NCBI GenBank assembly: GCA_001600815.1
Contig: BCKZ01000027.1
Span: 230,000 to 271,016 of the forward strand
DNA: 41,017 bases
Source of the DNA: Alloascoidea hylecoeti
Taxonomy: Eukaryota
Reading direction: 5' to 3'
The notes under the pieces: model-generated
Database searches by the model: none
Seen by the model: the letters and a program-made list of their open reading frames with translations, nothing else
Told to the model about the DNA's origin: nothing
Part shown: piece by piece, positions 36,554-41,017 of the stretch
How the letters are laid out: each line of letters begins with the position of its first letter
Position numbering within the stretch: position 1 is the stretch's first letter
Made by a program: the position numbers and the translations under genes

Positions 36554-37040
36554 AAAAGGATAACACTATGTCTATTTACCTCTCTCTCCCTATCCGATTG
36601 AGCTATTTTGAGCGGCCTTAAAATCTCGTGTTAAACGTGAGCTTGTTGATAAAGAGGAGGAATTGAAAAATTCTGTGATGCCGTGAAATTCATACCAAAA
36701 GAATATTATAAAAATTTTTATGAATATTCATCGACATAAATAAACCACCATCAAATATTATATACGAAAATGATATATTTAAGTCTCCTATATATTGATA
36801 CGTACTACAAAGGATCTCCTAATTTACATTTTTTGAAGAACGTCGATGAATGTTTACAAAAGTTTTTATAATATTCTTTTGGTATGGATTTCACGGCATC
36901 ACGGAATTTTTCAATTGATTCCTCCTCTTTATCAACAAGCTCACGTTTAACACGAGATTTTAAGGCCGCCCAAAATAGCTCAATCGGATTCAGGTCCGGT
37001 GAATAGGAGGTAAATATACACTGTGTTATATCCCTTTTCT
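36552..37040. repeat. Fold-back inverted duplication of the transposase 3' region
   Basis: 36592-36735 is the reverse complement of 36842-36989 with 7 substitutions and a 4-nt indel; weaker similarity extends to ~36552 and ~37040. Confidence 0.95.
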
Positions 37041-38129
37041 TCTATGAACTTTGATATTTCTTGATTTTTATGGATGGGACTGTTGTCCATGACTATGTAA
37101 GGCTTCCTTATAAACACTATGTCTATCCATTTCTTTTATGAGATGCTTAATATAGCTAAAATAGTGACTGCTATTGGTCCCGTATTTGTTGTTAGGAGCT
37201 AACTGTGTCGTCTCATGACCACGATCCTTTTTTCTTTTCTTATTCATTGATGGTTGTCGAACCTTAACCTCAAATAATAAGGGACCATGAGCACTTATCG
37301 CTCCCAAAATGGTCATTGTTATTGACCGTGTTCGTGGAACAGAAACAGAGGCTCGTTCGCCTTTGGTGGACCATGCTACCGAGCGTCTCATATTACATCA
37401 ACAAATACTGTATTTTGTAAGTAGTTGAGATGCGGCTCCCATTGCAATACCCAACATCTCCTTTTTTCAATTGATGCTTCACTGTTTCTGTCAACACTAT
37501 AATATGAAGCCCGTTTGAGGGATAGGTTACACTTTTTAGTGATAAACGAGTGGACAGCACTTTTCGATATTTTTAAATCATTGAAATTAGTAGTCAATTG
37601 GTCCACCATTCTATTCAATGTTATTCCCGGGTCATCATATATCAGGTCAATCATGAAATCTTTGTGAGTGTCGTTTAACTTTCCAGTAGTTCCTGGTTTT
37701 GGACCAGGTTTGCATTTCTTGTTCTCAACAGGTCTGAAGTCAGGATTTATTTTTTCTTCTTTTAACCTATTACGAATTGTTGATGATGGAACGTGTTGTT
37801 TCCGGGATGCCTCTGCGACAGTATACCCATGATTATGAATCAGATCATATACTTGATGTTTTATTTCAGGTTGATAACGCCGATACCCCCATCTTTCCTC
37901 TCTCTTTATTACCCTTCTCATTCTTATCCGTCACAGGATTATTATCACCTAGCGCAGTGGTCACTTGATCATCAATATTATCATTATTAATATTACTCTC
38001 ATGATCATCTTTTATATTTATCAACACACTATCGTATCTACCATCCCCATTAACAGAATCATCTAAATCATCTAAATCATCTAAATCATCTAAATCATCT
38101 AATTCATCAGTACTAGATCCACTTCTCAT
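36805..38129 (-). mobile_element. Degenerate Tc1/mariner-IS630 superfamily transposase (DD34E)
   Basis: HTH region (TVAEASRKQHVPSSTIRN; ITLNRMVDQL..ISKSAVHSFI), VFVD, TILGAIS, YIVMDNSPIH, YLPP(Y)SPDLNPIELFWAALKSRVKR; at least four frame disruptions; five ATCATCTAA units (LDD x5) at 38058-38102. Confidence 0.93.
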
Positions 38130-38141
38130 ACTGATATCATC

Positions 38142-38302
38142 ACCCGCGTAAAGATTCGACCGCTTTACGCTTAATATACGACCACCCCTGAATTAAATAT
38201 TCGGTCCACGTAATGCATAAGGGTTCGACCACTTCTTAATAAAATATTTATCCAATTCTTGAATTAAATATTCGGCCACAGCTTGGGTTAATATTAGACC
38301 AC
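38142..38302 (+). repeat. Seven degenerate 23-bp units, core AATATTCGACCAC (array A2)
   Basis: Anchors at 38160, 38182, 38206, 38229, 38252, 38276, 38299. Confidence 0.88.
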
Positions 38303-38304
38303 AT

Positions 38305-39790
38305 GGTTACAATGGCTCTTCTAAAATAATTTTGGTTCTTTGCGATGATGGTAAAATTATTAAAACTTCTGCTTTTAATTCTAACCCAAAAGTCTGTTTC
38401 CATTTAAAAATGCTAAACATACAAGTGTGAATTCTGTTGATAGTTCTTCAATATTGTTTCTGGTAGTTATTCTGGCTGCAATGTTATGTCTGGTGCTTCT
38501 TTGGTGTTTCAAGCAATCTTTTTAATGTTTTGGCTTCCGATTTTCATACTCCATCTACAATTTCGGCTTATGTTCCTGAATCTGAATATTCATCTGACAT
38601 TGATAAGGAAAATAACTCTGTTACTTCATCTACTCCATCAATTAAATCTCAAACTATTATTACTGATGCTTCAACATCTCCACCTATTCATGTAACCTCT
38701 GATCCTGTCTTACATGATCTATGCGGTATAATCTCCTAGCAACTACCACTACTATGACAATGCAATGACTGAATACTTCAATTATGATCAACCAATCATT
38801 GAATCTCCTGAATCTCATGTCTCAACTTATATTGTTTTTTCTCCTAAGAATCTTCTTCTTTATTATCCTTCTAATCATGATGACCTTCTACCACTCTTGA
38901 TAATTCTTCTACTTCTTCAGATCCTCTTAATCTTTTCACCAAACCAAGACATGATAAATCTAGACTTGCTGAATACTCTACTGGTCTCAAGGTTATTAAA
39001 AAATATCATAAGCCATTTTCTATTGCTCAAACTCCTTTGAAATTGCTGAAAGCTTCTTCTGATGACAACGAATCTATTTCTGATCATGAGGATATCAACT
39101 TGTTAGTGAGCAAAAAATCTAAATATGATATTCCAGTTTCTTATGCAGATATTCTAAAATCACCTCAAAGAGATCAATGGATTAATGCTATGAACCAAGA
39201 GTTGAATTCTTTCAGGGCTTGTGATGTTGTTGAACTTGTGGATAGATCTAGTGTTACCCAGCAAATAATTCCTTCAAGATGGGTACATGTTGTGAAATCC
39301 GAAGGTGATAATGAACGATTCAAGTCTCGAATTGTTGCAAAAGGCTTCAAACAAGAGCTTGGAAAAGATTATCTTGATATCTATGCCCCTGTTTGTTCTT
39401 ATGAAACGCTAAGATTTGTTCTGAACATGGTGGTATAAAAGAATTGGTAGTTGTGTCAACTATATGGGACAACCGCATTCATTTACTTAAATCCTCCAGA
39501 TGGTGCAGGAGTTGATTCATCCAAGGTTTGGAAATTACGCCGCGCTGTATATGGTCTTAAGCAGGCTCCAAGTGTTTGGTTCAAGACAATATCTGAAGTT
39601 CTTAAAAATTTTAATTATTCATAGAGTGAATTAGAACCCTGTTTATTCTTCAAGAATGATAGTCTTCTTACTATTTATGTTGATGATTCTTTTTTTTGGT
39701 GCTCCTGAAAAAGTTATGAATGGGTATCAAAGCCAAATTTCCGGTTATAGATTCGGGTTTTCCAAAAATTTCTATTGGTATGAATCTTAA
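38305..39790 (+). mobile_element. Ty1/copia pol remnant (integrase C-terminus, spacer, reverse transcriptase)
   Basis: GYNGSSK..., PVSYADIL..QWINAMNQELNS, SRWV, FKSRIVAKGFKQELGKDY..IYAPV, KLRRAVYGLKQAPSVW, and YVDD at 39676-39687; several stops and deletions; first catalytic Asp reads QLYG. Confidence 0.95.
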
Positions 39791-39798
39791 TATGACTG

Positions 39799-40089
39799 TG
39801 TTGAAATATTGTACCAAACAATGTCTCATAATTCACGAATATTACATAATATGAAATACCAGTTGTCTATATAGTTAGATAGCTAAATTTCAATATGAAA
39901 GAAGAGTCAAATCCTGATGTGAATTTGACTCTTTACCCTTTTCATTTTTACTCTACTTACACATTACTATTAATTCTGTACAAGAACTACTATTACTACT
40001 TCTATTCTATTGACTCCCACACCGCAAATTATAAGATTTCCAATCTTTGTTGCTAGTCAATATACACTTTAAATAAAATTTCCACAACA
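39799..40089 (+). mobile_element. Solo LTR-like element (291 bp)
   Basis: Terminal TGTTG...CAACA; shares the TTCCAATCTTT block and an internal hairpin with the downstream LTR-like copies; no clear target-site duplication. Confidence 0.7.
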
Positions 40090-40154
40090 AAATATTAAAC
40101 TTTGATAATCTGTCTAACAATTATATATGCTAATTTAATGATCGTTCGAGAATA

Positions 40155-40360
40155 TGTTGAAACTATATTTAGCAACATATGCAAATTAATAATATCTTAA
40201 TTTATATAAGTTATATAGTAAATAAGTAATATAAAAAGAGAAGAAATCCACCTCTGGATTTCTTTCTCAATCCTTTATCTTATTCATATTTCTTACAAAT
40301 TAAAAGCTAAAAGTTTTTTAGAATTCCAATCTTTAGACTCTTGCTATTAATTGTTACACA
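40155..40360 (+). mobile_element. LTR-like repeat, copy 1 (3' limit uncertain)
   Basis: Starts TGTTGAAACTATATTTAG; clearly homologous to 40737-40930; TATAAAA followed by a hairpin. Confidence 0.8.
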
Positions 40361-40426
40361 TATTTTACTTTTTTACTCTTACTTACTTTATAAAAAACTA
40401 CAAAAAATTAACCAATTTACTACACT

Positions 40427-40736
40427 ATGCCTGCTGATTCTTCTGATAAAACAAAAGAAAAGGTCCATTCTACCTCAAGGATATTAAAAATAACAATGAC
40501 ATCAGTTATGATGTACTTAAAACCTTTCAAAATTCTTTAATTTCCTCAAACAAGTTTGATCATGGATATATCTTTCCGGTTTTTCGTCAATACATGCTTG
40601 GTAAATTGAGAACTATTTTGGTTGTTGCTGGTGATTTTGATATTGATGATCTTATGATTCAACTCACCGACCAAGGAACAACACCACCCGTTATTTTTTG
40701 CATGCTTATTGAAATACTTATTAAAAATAAATTCTC
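40427..40736 (+). pseudogene. Possible frameshifted gag-like remnant after LTR copy 1
   Basis: ATGCCTGCTGAT... then a shifted frame LKDIKNNNDISYDVLKTFQNSL...MLGKLRTIL; copy 2 has an analogous ATG (MSSDVSPTS) at 40967. The gag identity is inferred from position only. Confidence 0.35.
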
Positions 40737-40930
40737 TGTTGAAACTATATTTAGAATTGTATAATTATCTTATTTATATAAAATACATAGTAAAAAGAAA
40801 TATAAAAAGAGAAGAAATCCTCCTCAGGATTTCTTTCTCTACCCTTTATCTTATTCATATTCTTAACTATTAAAAGTTAAAAGTTTTATAGATTTCCAAT
40901 CTTTAGACTCTTACTATTAATTGATACACA
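40737..40930 (+). mobile_element. LTR-like repeat, copy 2 (element probably continues beyond the window)
   Basis: Starts TGTTGAAACTATATTTAG; homologous to 40155-40360. Confidence 0.8.
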
Positions 40931-41017
40931 AAAACTTACTTTTTACTTTAACTTATCAATTCAACCATGTCTTCTGACGTATCCCCTACATCAGATAGAC
41001 AAATAAGATCGCTCACC

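Noticed and set aside
38215..38240. tRNA T-loop/B-box-like GGTTCGACC
   Set aside because: It is one unit of array A2; no cloverleaf stems or A-box are evident.
36199..38302. Interstitial telomeric repeats (23 bp matches some Candida telomere units)
   Set aside because: No G-rich strand, units too divergent, two unrelated cores, and transposon-like termini adjoin them.

Overview
AT-rich fungal nuclear DNA, most consistent with an intron-rich budding yeast (Saccharomycotina). CTG occupies conserved Leu positions, so the standard code appears to apply. Bases 1-34.6 kb are a housekeeping block: a REH1/REI1-family factor, an SRO9/SLF1 La protein, a MOSC/mARC protein, SWP1, IMP1, BUD13, RPN3, ILM1, PRO3, TGS1, ESF2, DSS1, MDM10, XDJ1, a securin (PDS1-like) and a frameshifted aldo-keto reductase. 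I reconstructed 15 short introns by hand, and two gene-poor gaps hold decayed coding remnants. Bases 35.3-41 kb are a transposon graveyard: a degenerate DD34E Tc1/IS630-type transposase, a Ty1/copia pol remnant and three LTR-like copies. The most unusual structure is a module that occurs twice: a TA|CAGT terminus, then a 23-bp-periodic core-plus-variable-spacer array, then a fold-back inverted repeat. One fold-back is built from the transposase catalytic region, and a third 23-bp array lies upstream of the transposase. Also notable are a +1 frame overlap at an A9 run that could join TGS1 to a ~555-aa Ser/Lys/Arg-rich tail, a His/Arg-rich 63-aa microprotein candidate, and a covarying hairpin in the LTRs. 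Gene names come from recalled motifs, not database searches.
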